From the NCBI RefSeq assembly GCF_020745735.1, contig NC_083419.1:37718085-37782084 (forward strand): a DNA stretch of 64,000 nt. Reading direction: 5' to 3'. The notes beneath the pieces were generated by a model. The model searched no databases. It saw only the letters and a program-made list of their open reading frames with translations, and was not told the origin of the DNA. Source of the DNA: Hemiscyllium ocellatum (taxonomy: Eukaryota). The position numbers were made by a program, and so were the translations under genes. Positions 36,716 to 48,600 of the stretch are shown here, one piece after another. The stretch's first letter is position 1. Each line of letters opens with the position of its first letter.

Positions 36716-37513
36716 CCTAGGTTTAATTCTAGCCTCTGATGGCTGTCTGTGTGGACTTTTCATGTTCTCCCCATGTCTGCGTGAGTTTCCTCCTGGTGCT
36801 CTGGTTTCCTCCCACACTCCAAAAATGTGCAGGTTAGGTGAATTGGCCATGCTAAATTGCCAGTAGCATTCTGGGATGTATAGGTTAGGCGTATTAGTCA
36901 GGGGGCAAATGTAGATTAATGGGGAATGGGTTTGGGTGGGATGCTCTTCAAAAAGAAAGGGGCAGATGGTGGCTCAGTGGTTAGCACTGTTGCCTCACAG
37001 CGCAAGGGACTCCATTTCGATTCCAACCTCAGGCATCTGTCTGTGTGGAGTTTACATATTCTGCAGGTGCTCTGGTTTCCTGTAACAATCCCAAGATGCG
37101 CAGGTTAGGTGAATGGGCCATACTAAATTGCCCATAGTGTTCAGGGATTTGTAGTTTAGGTGCATTAGTCAGGGGTAAATATAGGGGAGGGGAATGGATC
37201 TGGGTGGGCTAGTCTTCAAAGAGTTGGTGTGGACTTAAAAGCAAATTACTGCGGATGCTGGAATCTGAAACCAACAGAGAAAATGCTGGAAAATCTCAGC
37301 AGGTCTGGTAGCATCTGTAAGGAGAGAAAAGAGCTGACGTTGCGAGTCTAACTGACTAGCTTTGACAAAGGGTCAGTTAGACTCGAAACGTCAGCTCTTT
37401 TCTCTCCTTACAGATGCTGCCAGACCTGCTGAGATTTTCCAGCATTTTCTCTTTTGGTTGGTGTGGACTTGTTGGGCTGAAGGGCTTGTTTCCATGCTGT
37501 AGGGATTCTTATG
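36716..37513 (+). mobile_element. Two tandem HE1/V-SINE copies (~36716-36950 and ~36960-37513)
   Basis: GTGGCTCAGTGGTTAGCACTG head, CTGTGTGGAGTTT...GGTTTCC V-core, GGGCTTGTTTCCATGCTGTAGGGATTC tail. Confidence 0.9.
37237..37456. mobile_element. Penelope-derived foldback element inserted in an HE1 SINE
   Basis: Near-perfect inverted arms of ~85 bp; direct repeat GTTGGTGTGGACTT at 37223-37236 and 37457-37470; degenerate hammerhead TTGACAA-A-GGGTC-AGTTA-GACTC-GAAACGTC at 37362-37392. Confidence 0.85.
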
Positions 37514-38470
37514 ACAGAACATTAGTGAACCAGACAGATTTGTACAAAGGTTGAAAATGGTTTTGAGGTTATCATTAGACTTTTAATTCCAGCTTTTTAA
37601 AATTGAATTCAGTTCCAGCACTTGCCATGGTGGGATTCGAACCTGGGTATCTGGAACATTTCACAGGTCTCTGGATTACTTATCTAGTGATAATAGTATT
37701 AGTCCACTGCCATCACCTTTTTTTTCAGTTTTGTTCAAGAAATTATCTCAAAAGAATAGCTTGAGGAATTGAAACTTACAGCCTCTTACTCAGTACACCT
37801 TCTGTAGCTGGTGTAGAGTTCCTGCAAAAAAATCAAATCTCATCAAAAAGGGAAGAAAAGTTGGATTGATGATCACTCTGGCCAGCTGAGCTAATGATTT
37901 ACAACAGATAATTGATGATAACTGAGAACCAGTGAATTGCAGTTGGTGTAAAAGCCAAGAAAAATATAAGAGATTGACTTGCCTGGTAACAATGAATTGG
38001 GGTTAGAATTAAGAATGTCAGATAGTGGTTTCCACAAAAAAATAAAGTGGCGACTAGAACATTGAGGCTACTAGAGCAACATTTTCGATTTCTTTTTTAA
38101 GTTCCAAGAAATACTGTTTTAAAAACTTCGTTACTTAAATTTTACAGTTTTTAAGTTAATACTGTTCAATTATTAATAAAATAGTTCAATTTTATTAAAA
38201 TCTGTTTTCTGACTCTGTGGTATAACTCATTAATACAATGCACAGAGTGCCAGCTTGACTTGCCCAGGATCCCCTCCAGCTTTCCTTTCCTGCCTGTACA
38301 AAAGTACTAAACCTTCATTCACACCAATGAAACTGAGACCAGGAGCTCAAGATTAAAAGTAAAATATCTCCATTGCTAGGGTGGCACGTACAAATAGACC
38401 ATCCAAATATACTTAAGCAGACAGACACTAAATCTTCTTTAAAACTCGGTACGAAATCAAAGCAACTCAC

Positions 38471-38664
38471 CTCGTGTTGTGTATCCACCCATTACATAGA
38501 TCATCCCTTTGCATTCACAGGCTGAGAACTCCACAAGAGGATCTGGCATTGAGGCTACAAAACTCCACCAATCCATCTCTGGATTGTAACATTCAACATT
38601 GCAAAGGGACTGACCACCGACTGCATACAATTTCTCACTGACAGCTACAAGTTTAAAATTTGAT
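38471..38664 (-). CDS. KLHL42: Kelch-like protein 42, coding exon 2 (194 nt)
   Basis: TTACAG acceptor, SNFKLVAVSEKLYAVGGQSLCNVECYNPEMDWWSFVASMPDPLVEFSACECKGMIYVMGGYTTR, GTGAGT donor; phases 2/1 fit exons 1 and 3. Not in the ORF track. Confidence 0.96.
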
Positions 38665-38754
38665 CTGTAAAAAGAGAAGTATGTTAACAGTACAAAATAT
38701 TCTAATCTTTACTTTTCTAAACCAGCTTCAGTTTTGATAGGATCATATAAATTA

Positions 38755-39029
38755 CAGTTGAGAGTGTGGTGCTGGAAAAGAACCGCAGGTCAGGCAGCAT
38801 CAAAGGAACACGTGAATCGATGTTTCGGGTATAAGCCCTCCATCAGGAATGAGGCTTGTGAGCCAAGGGTGTAGAGTTCTCTCTACCCCCTTGGCTCAGA
38901 AGCCTCATTCCTGATGAAGAGCTTATGCTCGAAACATCGATTCTCCTGCTCCTTGGATGCTGCCTGACCTGCGGTGCTTTTCCAGCACCATACTCTTCGC
39001 TCTGATCTCCAGTCCTCACTTTCTCCTCT
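38755..39029. mobile_element. Penelope-derived foldback element with hammerhead cores in both arms
   Basis: Inverted arms of ~115 bp (38759-38876 / 38881-38997); TATAAATTA at 38746-38754 and 39030-39038. Confidence 0.85.
38906..38943 (+). ncRNA. Minimal hammerhead ribozyme motif (antisense to KLHL42)
   Basis: CTGATGA-A-GAGC-TTAT-GCTC-GAAAC-ATC: perfect stem II, weak stems I and III. Confidence 0.55.
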
Positions 39030-39038
39030 TATAAATTA

Positions 39039-39351
39039 GATTAGATTAGACTTACAGTGTGGAAACAGGCCCTTCGGCCCAACAAGTCCACACCGACCCA
39101 CCGAAGCGCAACCCACCCATACCCCTACATTTACCCCTTACCTAACACTACGGGCAATTTAGCTTGGCCAATTCACCTGACCCGCACATCTTTGTGAGTG
39201 TGGGAGGAAACCGGAGCACCCGGAGGAAACCCACGCAGACACGGGGAGAACGTGCAAACTCCACACAGTCAGTCGCCTGAGTCGGGAATTGAACCCGGGT
39301 CTACAGGTGCTGTGAGGCAGCAGTGCTAACCACTGTGCCACCGTGCCGCCC
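39039..39351 (-). mobile_element. Full-length young HE1/V-SINE
   Basis: Minus strand GGGCGGCACGGTGGCACAGTGGTTAGC...GGTTCAATTCC; (TCTAA)n tail; CpGs intact. Confidence 0.95.
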
Positions 39352-40389
39352 ACTAAATTACAGCCAATTAAGTGACAATACACTTTATCCTTCAAATTAA
39401 GTACCTTCCTGCTTGGTAATGGAATATATATTTCTGGTCGTCCCACTCTCACATCAAAGATTCCCACCTCAGGTGCAGCATGGTTAGATAAAAAGGTTCT
39501 CATCTGTACCTTATCCCGAATCCCTACAGAAATACTGCGTCATTTTCCATAACTACAGAGACCACAGCAAGAGTGACAATTAATGCTGATATTTGGGCAA
39601 TTTTGCACTTTGGGCAAAGAAGTGGCAGCTTGGGATTGGCATAGCTTATTTCATATTCAACACTTAATGCCTGCAAACAGGACAGTTGGATCCTGTCAAG
39701 AAAGATTTAATTCAGATAAAGGTTACAGAGAACTATCCTGAAAGTTACCATGCATGCTGCTGTTCTGATTAGCTCATGGCATCTTTCTATTGTAAAGCTA
39801 AACATATAATGGTCTAAATTCTTCAAATGCATTAAAACCAATTCGCGTTGGAGAAATGCACATTATCGCAGAACTGACAGTACATTGTACAGGTCTGGTC
39901 ACCCTGCTATAGGAAAGATATTATTAAATTGGCGAGGATCCAGAAAATATTTACAAGGGTGTTGCTGGGGGTTGAAGAATTTGATTTATAACGATAGACT
40001 GAATACATTATAAGAACTAAAATACAGAACATGTTATGTAAAAATAGTTTATTGTTTAAATGGAAACAGAGTTTTGTGGCACAGAAGTTTCTGGGTGCAT
40101 ATGTACAGCCAGTAATTAGAACAACAAAAGGAAGTTCAAAAGGGAGACGAGTGAAGAGAATGTTTCAGAAGGTGAAAATAAACAAGGTGGCGGTGAGAAG
40201 TGAAGAGAGGGTATATGCAGTTGCAGAGCTAAACATAACATAGACTCAATCAGGCTCATGACTTGCAGAGAATGAATGTCTGAATAACACCTTTTAAATA
40301 TAATTAAATTTGGTCCCATGAATAAACAACAGGGATGTCAATTTCATGCACACCCCAACACAACCTCCTTGTGCTTAGGTATCTAGCTA

Positions 40390-41180
40390 TATAGAGTCAG
40401 TGTCATACAGCATGGAAATAGACCCTTTTGTCCAACTCATCCATACTGACCAAGCTTCCCAAACTAAACTAGCCCCACTTGATTCTGTTTGGCCCACATC
40501 CCTCTAAACCGTTCCTATTCATGTACCTCTCCAAATGTCTTTTAAATATTGCAATTTTACCAGCATCAACCAGTCCATTTGGTAGTTCATTCCACATAAG
40601 AGCCACCCTCAGTGTGAAAAAGTTGCCTCCTCAAGTCCCTCTTAAATCTTTCTCCTGTCACGTTAAAATTATGCCCTCTAGTTTTGAACTCAATCATCCT
40701 ATGGAAAAAAATCCTTTGTTATTCACCTTATCTTTGCACCTCATGATTTTAAAACCCTCTATAAGGTCACCCCTCAAACTCCTACGCTCTAGTGAAATAA
40801 ATCCCAACCTATGCAGCCTACTCGTATTACTCACATTCTCCAGTCCCGGCAACAGCCTGGTAAATATTCTCTGAATCCTCGCCAATGTTCTGGTCACCCT
40901 TTCTATAGCAGGGTACAGTAGGTTCTGCAATAATACCTGTTTCTTCCATGTGAATTGGCTATAACGCGAATGAAGAATTTAGACCATTATTTGTAAAATG
41001 CAAACTTTCCTTATCTGTATTGGCTATAATGTGATTCTAGTTCCATTGGTTTAAATGGTGCTTCTATTATGTGATTTTCATATAACTCAGGAGTGGAACT
41101 ATTGTGTCATATCAGAACAGATTGTACTCCAAAACTGGCTTTACCAAAGTTCTGCACAACCTCAATATGATGCCACAATT
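40390..41180 (-). mobile_element. CR1 LINE 3' fragment interrupted by a MITE
   Basis: IQRIFTRLLPGLE...LRGDLIEGFKIM. Confidence 0.88.
40916..41124. mobile_element. Tc1/mariner (Tigger-like) MITE
   Basis: TA|CAGTAGGTTCTG ... CAGAACAGATTG|TA imperfect terminal inverted repeats with TA flanks; a related inverted fragment lies at ~39800-39882. Confidence 0.6.
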
Positions 41181-41307
41181 AAGAAAAGCCATCCCATCCT
41201 CATGTGAAAGTGACAATCCTTTCCAGTCCTTTGTTAAAAGTAATTCATGAGATATGGATATCATTGGCTGGATCAGCATTAGTTACCCATCGTTAGTTAT
41301 CCTTCAG

Positions 41308-43510
41308 AAGAGGAAAAAGGATGTGTCTAAGCGACTGAAGTCAAACAAAGCTTTGGAAGAATATCGGGAATGTAGGACCAATCTGAAACGAGGAATTAAG
41401 AGGGTTAAAAGAGGTCATGAAGTATCCTTAGCGAGCAGGGTTAAGGAAAACCCCAAAGTCTTTTACTCATTTATAAGGAGCAAGAGGGTAACGAGAGAAA
41501 GGGTTGGCACACACAAGGACAAAGGAGGAAAGATATGCATGGAGCCAGAGAAAATGGGTGAGATTCTTAATGAGTACTTTGCAGCGGTATTCACCAAGGA
41601 CATGGTGGATGTTGAGGTCAGGGCTAGATCTTTGATTAGATTAGATTACTTGCAGTGTGGAAACAAGTCCACACCGATCTGCCGAAGCGCAACCCACCCA
41701 GACCCATTCCCCTATATTTACCCCTTCACCTAACACTACAGGCAATTTAGCATGGCCAATTCACCTAACCTGCACATTTTTGGATTGTGGGAGGAAACTG
41801 GAGCACCCGGAGGAAACCCACGCAGACATGGGGAGAATGTGCAAACTCCACACAGAGTCGCCTGAGGCGGGAAATGAACCTGGGTCTCTGGCGCTGTGAG
41901 GCAGCACTGCTAACCACTTGTGCCACCCTTACTCTAGGTAAAGTTGGCTTAAGGAAGGAGGAAATGTTGTGTATTCTAAAAGGCATTAGGTGGACAAGTC
42001 CCCAGGACTGGATGGAATCTATTGCAGGTTACTGACAGAAGTGAGAGAGAAAATAGCTGGGGCTTCAACAGATATCTTTGCAGTATCCTTGAAAACAGGG
42101 GAGGTCCCAGAAAACTGGAGAATTGCTAATGTTGTCCCCTTGTTTAAGAAGGGGAGCAGGGATAATCCAGGTAATTGCAGACCTGTGAGCCTGACCTCAG
42201 TCATAGGGAAGCTACTGGAGAAGATACTAAGGGATAGGATATATATCCATTTGGAAGAAAATGGGCTAATCAGTGATAGGCAGCATGGTTTTGTGCAGGG
42301 AAGGTCATGTCTTACAAATCCAGTAGAATCTTTTGAAGAGGTGACAAAGTTGATTGATGAGGGAAGGGATGTCACACACATGGACTTTAGTAAGACTGAT
42401 GAAGAAGATGAAGTCGCATGGGGTCCAGGGTGTTTTATCTAGATGGATAGAGAACTGGTTGGGCAACAGGGGACAGACAGTAGTAGTGGAAGGGAGTTTC
42501 TCAAAATGGAGGCCAGTGACCAGTGGTGTCCAACAGGAATTCGTGCTAGGACCACTGTTGTTTGTGACATATATAAATGATTTGGAGGAAGGTGTAGGTT
42601 GCCTCATTAGCAAATTTGCAGATGACACTAAGATTGGTGGCGTAGCAGATAGTGAAAGGGACTGTCAGAGAATACAGCAGAATATAGATAGATTGGAGAG
42701 TTGGGCAGAGAAATGGCAGATGGAGTTCAAACCAGACAAATGCGAGGTGATCCATTTTGGAAGATGTAATTCCAGAGTGAACTATACAGTAAGTGGAAGA
42801 GTCCTGGAGAAAATTGATGTACAGAGAGATTTAGATGTTCAGATCCATTATTTCCTGAAGGTGGCAATGCAGATCAGTAGAGTGGTTAAGAAGGCATACG
42901 GCATGTTTTCCTTCATCAGACAGGGTATTGAGTGCAAGAGTTGGCAGGTCATGTTACAAATGTATGACTTTGGTTTGGCCACATTTGGAATACTGAATTA
43001 CCAAAAGGATGTGGACACTTTGGAGAGGGTGCAGAGGAAGTTCACCAGGATGTTGCCTGGTATAGAGGGTGCTAGTTATGAGGAGAGGTTGAGTAGATTA
43101 GGCTTATTTTCATTGGAAAGAAGGTAAGTGAGGGGGACCTGATTGTGGCCTACAAAATCATGAGAGGTATAGACAGGGTGGATAACAAGAAACTTTTTCC
43201 CAGAGTGGAGGACTCAATTACTAGGGGTCACGAGTTCAAAGTGAGAGGGGAAAAGTTTAAGGGAAATATACATGGAAAGCTCTTTACACAGAGGCATCGT
43301 GGGTGCCTGGAATGTGTTGCCAGCGGAGGTGGTGGCAGTGGGGGGAGCGATAGCGTCATTTAAGATACATGAATGGGCAGGGAGCGAAGGGATATAGGCC
43401 CTTAGAAAACAGATGGCAGATTTAGATAAATGATCTGGATCTGGATCAGCGCAGGCTTGGAGGGCTGAAGGGCCTGTTCCTGCACCACAATTTTCTTTGT
43501 TCTTTGTTCT
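41308..43510 (+). mobile_element. CR1 LINE ORF2 (decayed), (TTCTTTG)n tail
   Basis: ENPKVFYSFI, KSPGLDG, NCRPVSLTS, QHGFVQGRSCLTN, KFADDTK. Confidence 0.95.
41634..41928 (-). mobile_element. HE1/V-SINE nested in CR1
   Basis: Same core and tail as 39039-39351. Confidence 0.92.
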
Positions 43511-43599
43511 AAATTTGCTGTGAGTTGCCTTCTTTAATCACTGCAGTTAACTTGCTGGAGATCGACACTTAATGCCATTAAAATTTCCACTCCAAAATC

Positions 43600-44170
43600 A
43601 CAGAATACATCCCACATCTGAGGAACTATGTACAGTTTTGGTCTCCTTACTTAATACAGTATTAAGTTGCAGCAGAATTTGTTCAAAGAATGCTCAGAAA
43701 ATATTTCTGAGAAAAAAAAAGATTATTTTATGAGGAAGAATCGACAGGGTGGACAGATATTCATTGGAGTTTAGATGAATGAAAAGTAATTTTATTCGAA
43801 TATATAAGATCCTGACATGACTTGACAGAATGGATGCTGAACGGGTGTTTCCCCTTATAGAAGAGACCAGAACTAGGGGACACAGTTCAAAGATAAGGGG
43901 TCTCCTCTATTAAAAACAGAGATGAGGAGATTTTCTTTCTCTCTTAAAGCATTTTTAATCTGTGGAAATCTCTTCCCTGGAGGGCAGTGGAGGCTGTCAT
44001 TAAATATTTTCAAGGCTGAGTTCAAGAGATTTTTGATTGACAAGGGACTCAAAAGATACAGTGTGGACAGGAAAATAGAGATACGAATACAACCAGATCT
44101 GTCATAATCTCATCAAATGGCTGGGTAGACTTGAGGGGCCAAATGTCCTACCTTTGCTATTAAATCTTAT
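43600..44170 (+). mobile_element. Old CR1 3' fragment
   Basis: AGAACTAGGGGACACAG, TGTGGAAATCTCTTCC and ATTTTCAAGGCTGAG CR1 3' motifs. Confidence 0.75.
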
Positions 44171-45654
44171 GCTCAAATTTGTATTTTTAGAATACAGTTT
44201 AGTCATTGCAAAATCATGTATCTCTCTTGCTGAAAGGGAACATTTAGAAAAGAATAAGTATTTGCCAGTCTGCATTCCCTACTGGCTGTTGCCAGTTCTG
44301 ACTTACTGAGGTATTTTATATCACTTTTTATCATTTACATAGGTAGTCATTTCTGCAGTCTCATTGGGAGTTGTGCACTGGGACCTTGTGGAATCCCAGA
44401 CATTGCAGGTTCCAAGCAAACTGCCCAGGAAACTGAAGATTCTGATGGGCAATTCTGCTGTGCCAAAACTCTGCAAAAGCATCTATTTAAATTGGAGCAT
44501 TCAGAAGGTTCCACTGTAAATAAATAAGTTATCCAGGAAAAGTTAGACAATTAAAAACAATTAAAAATTACTGGGCAATTATAAATTTCACCCACAACTT
44601 ACTGCACACATCTCCAAAACATTCCCCCTCCAGTCCTTACAAGCCCCAGGCCCTGACCTGAGAACTCTACCTTCCTCAGAGCCCTGCAGGACCCCTCCAC
44701 TGTGCATCCTGCCAAAGCCAATACACATCTCTCCACTGATACTCTTACCCTGCTACAGAAACCAAACAAGCCCTCTTCATCACTGGGACCCAAAGTCCCC
44801 TCCTCTCCAGGACCCGAGACCATCCCTTTCACTGTGACTCAACAAACTCCCCTCCACTGGGATCTGACTGCCCTGTCACTAGACCAATCACCACCCCTCA
44901 CTGCTCAAGCCCCATCCACCACCACCACCATCACACCCCCAACTCCACCCCCTTTGTTGGAAATGACACTCCTATTTCCCCACCAGACTCTACTGCCCTG
45001 CCAACCCAATTTACACTCAACACTCAATCACTTAGCTGTTACCCTATCCACCAGACACCCTACTGATCAGGTACCATAGCACTCTAGCTTTACACTTAGC
45101 TTAAATACACAGCTTCTGTCAAAGTGACTGACTGTGCCGCTGGACATTTAAGTCACAGAATACAGCAACTGCTAACTATCACGAAAAAGGAAGTGTAGTT
45201 AGCTTTCTCCTTCACACCAAGGTCTCAACTGGATTAGAGATACACTCCACATTTCTGCAGGAGCCATGTATGGAAATTCCTGCCAGAAAAGTGGAGATTT
45301 CTCTGAACTTAAAGCAGTTGGAACGAGTGACCATGACTGTTATTGTTCAGCAGATTCAGCCCACAGATAACAGCACAGCAGCTCAAATGCACTTGGGCAC
45401 TATATCCCTACATTTGGATTAGTAAGCTACATATTTAGAATTATTTTATGCAAGACTGTAGATATTCCCTTTCCATGTTACAAAGGAACATAAACAAATC
45501 AGGACGAGCAGTTCGAGGACAATATCAGTACCATAGTTGACAAATATAGTGCAATGAATGTCATTCATTGCTGTAAAATATTTGTATTTCATTTTAAAGT
45601 CTTCCATACAAATTGTTCATGGAAATATAAATTATATCCCGAAAAGAGCTGTTT

Positions 45655-48600
45655 AATATAGGAGTATGGATAAAGGATTGGCTAGAAGGAAAGGAGAGTT
45701 GGGACAGGTAGCATTGAGAGGCTGGAGATGGCAGAAGGATTTGGACAGGTAAGGAAAGTGGGTAAAGAAGATGGAGTACAACACAGGAAAATGTGAGGTC
45801 ATGCACTTTGGTGGAAGAATAGAGGCATGGACTATTTTCTAAATGGGCATAAAATTCAGAAGTCTGAAGTGCAAAGAGACTTGGGAGTTCTAGTCCAGGA
45901 TTCTCTCAAGATAAGCTTGCAGGTTGAGTCAGTGGTTAGGAAGGCAAATGCAATGATGGCATTTATTTTGACAGGAGTTGAATATAAAAGCAGGGATGTA
46001 CTTCTGATGCTCTATAAGGTTCTAGTCAGGCCACATTTGGAGTATTGTGCAGTTTTGGGCCCCATATCCCAGGAAGGATGTACTAGCCCTGGAGTGTGTT
46101 CAGAGGTTGGTTCATGAATGATCTCAGGAATGAAAACCTTAACTTTTGAGGAATGTTTGAGGACTCTGAGTTTACACTTGACAGAGTTTAGAAAGATGAG
46201 GGTGATCTAATTAAAACATGCAGAATACTAAATGGCCTGAACAGAATAGATGTTGGGAAGTTGTTTCCGTTAGTAGGGAAGACCTTTTAAAATGGAGATA
46301 AGGAGAACTTTCTTCAGCCACAGAGTGGTGCATCTGTGGAATTCATTGCGACAGAAGGCTGTGGAGGCTAGGTCATTGAGTGTATTCAAGGCTGAGATAG
46401 ATAGGTTCTCCACTATCAAGGGTATCAAGGGTTATGGGGAGAAAGTGGGAGAATGGGGTTGAGAAACTTATTAGCCATGATTGAATGGCAGCGCAGACTC
46501 GATGGGCTGAATGGTCTAATTTCTGCTCCTATGTCTTATAGTCTGATGATCTAAATTGGTCAATTTAAGGTTGGCAAACAGTAACTGGTGGACTACCATA
46601 GGGACCTGTGCTGGGACCTCAACAATTTGCAATCTATGTTGTTGGTTTGGATGGAGGCACTGAATGAACTGTAGTAAATTTGCTGACCATACAAACATTA
46701 GTAGGAGACCAAATTGTGGGGAGACCACATGGTCTGCAAAGGGATAAAGATAGGTTAAGTGACTGGGCACACAGTTTGGCAGATGGAGGACTGTGTGGTA
46801 TAATGCAAGATGGTCCACTTTGGCAGCAAAAACTAGAAAGCCAGAATATTGTTTATTTGGAGAGTGTTGGTAGAATGTTGCATTACAGAGGGATCTGAAT
46901 GTACTTGTACATGAATGTCAAAAAACATTAGTATGCAGTTCCAAAAAATAATTGGGAAAGAAAATAGAATGGTGACCTTCATTGCAAAGGGTATGGAGTG
47001 TAAAGGTAGATAAGACTTGCCACAACACCACAGGGCATTAGTGAGACCATACTAGTGTACTGTGTACAATTTTAGTCTCCTACCTAAGAAGAGCTTTAAT
47101 TAGAAGTAATTCAGAGGATGTTCACTGGGCTAATTCCTGGGATGAAGAAGCTGTCTTATGAAGAAAGACCCAACATGTTTGTCTATACCAACTGGAGTTT
47201 AGCAGAATGACAGATGATTTTATTAAAACATACAGACACTCAGGCGATGGGCATAATTGAGTACAGAGGCCCAGGATTGAATGAGGGTGGGATGGAATCA
47301 TGGTGAGGAGGTCATTAGCTATGGCAGAGGGACAGGTGGTCAGCTGGGGTGACCAGAAATGGCAGGTGAATTTCAGGTCCTTCATGATTATGCTTTGTGA
47401 AAACAAAGGACTCCTGTCACAAATAAACAGAACAGAGCTTGCTTTTCTGGCTTCCAGCATGTTGAATCCCAACCTCCTTTGGTTGAATACCAGATGAGAT
47501 GAAATGAGATGATGGGTTTTCATTGCCCACTTAAAAGTCTTACTTAGCATTGAGATGGGAAGACCATCCCTGAGCCATCCTCTCCTGGATTTAATCATGG
47601 AAGAGGCAAGACGGCATCAAGTTTCCCAACCCACTACTTCTAACCCAAATAACTCAGGTCTACGTGCAAATCCACTTCAGGAGAGAGCATTAAATTCTGC
47701 CTAATGTTTATCCTGTGGGAGAATCTAGAACCAGGGGCATAGTTTTAAAAGCAATGGGTTTCTCATTTAAAACAAAAGTGAGGATTGAAGTTCTTCTGTC
47801 AGATTGTGGGCGGCACGATGGCACAGTGGTTAGCACTGTTGCCTCACAGCGCCAGAGACCGGGGTTCAATTCCAGCTTCAGGCGACTGAATGTGTGGAGT
47901 TTGTGCATTCTCCCCGTGTCTGCGTGGGTTTCCTCCCACAGTCCAAAAATATGCAGGTTAGATGAATTGGCCATGCTAAATTGCCCGTAGTGTTAGGTGC
48001 AGGGATAAATGTAGGGGAATGGGTCTGGGTGGGATGCACTTCGACGGGTCGGTGTGGACTTGTTGGGCCAAAGGGCCTGTTTCCACACTGTAAGTAATCT
48101 AAAAAATTGTCATTAGTCTTTGGAATTCCCTTACCCTAGAGCAGAGGAGGCTGAGTAATTGAATATGTTTGAGCTGAATTCGTCAGATTTTTGATTGAAA
48201 AGAGAGTTTAGGTTTATGGGGACTGACAATCAGAGAACCCATGATCTTATTGAGTGGTAGAAATTCAATGGTGGGTAAGTTGCTGTAAATGATTTTGAAA
48301 GTTAGGATTTATATGCATTTGGGAGGCAAGGAATGATTAAGGACAGTCAGCATCGTGTTGTGTGAGGGAAATCCTGTCTTAAATTTGATTTTAGTTTTTT
48401 GAGGAAGCAATCAAGAAGATTGATGAGGGCAAAGTGGTAGACATTGTTTACATGGGCGTTTGTGAAGCCTTTGACAAGGTTCTGCATGGTAGACTAATTA
48501 GTTAAAGTTAGATCACATGGAATTCAACATGAGTTTGGAAATTAGATTAAAAATTGGCAACAGCAGGAGACAGTGTGTGATGGAGGATGGTTGTTTTTCT

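Larger units (their letters stand above)
36620..37717 (-). mobile_element. Second-family SINE split by nested insertions (pieces ~36620-36716 and ~37515-37717)
   Basis: The motif CAGTTTCCTTCCC..AAAGGACATTAGTGAACC is broken between ~36716 and ~37518; GGATTCGAACC B-box complement at ~37633. Confidence 0.75.

Noticed and set aside
39260-39351. tRNA genes (A/B boxes here and at other SINE heads)
   Set aside because: They are heads of tRNA-derived SINEs followed by core and LINE-derived tails.
42354-43127. 257-aa RT ORF as an active or domesticated gene
   Set aside because: Fragment of a CR1 with frameshifts, deletions and a nested SINE.
44599-45079. Pro/Thr-rich 125-aa ORF
   Set aside because: C-rich low-complexity intronic sequence with a non-ATG start and no domain.
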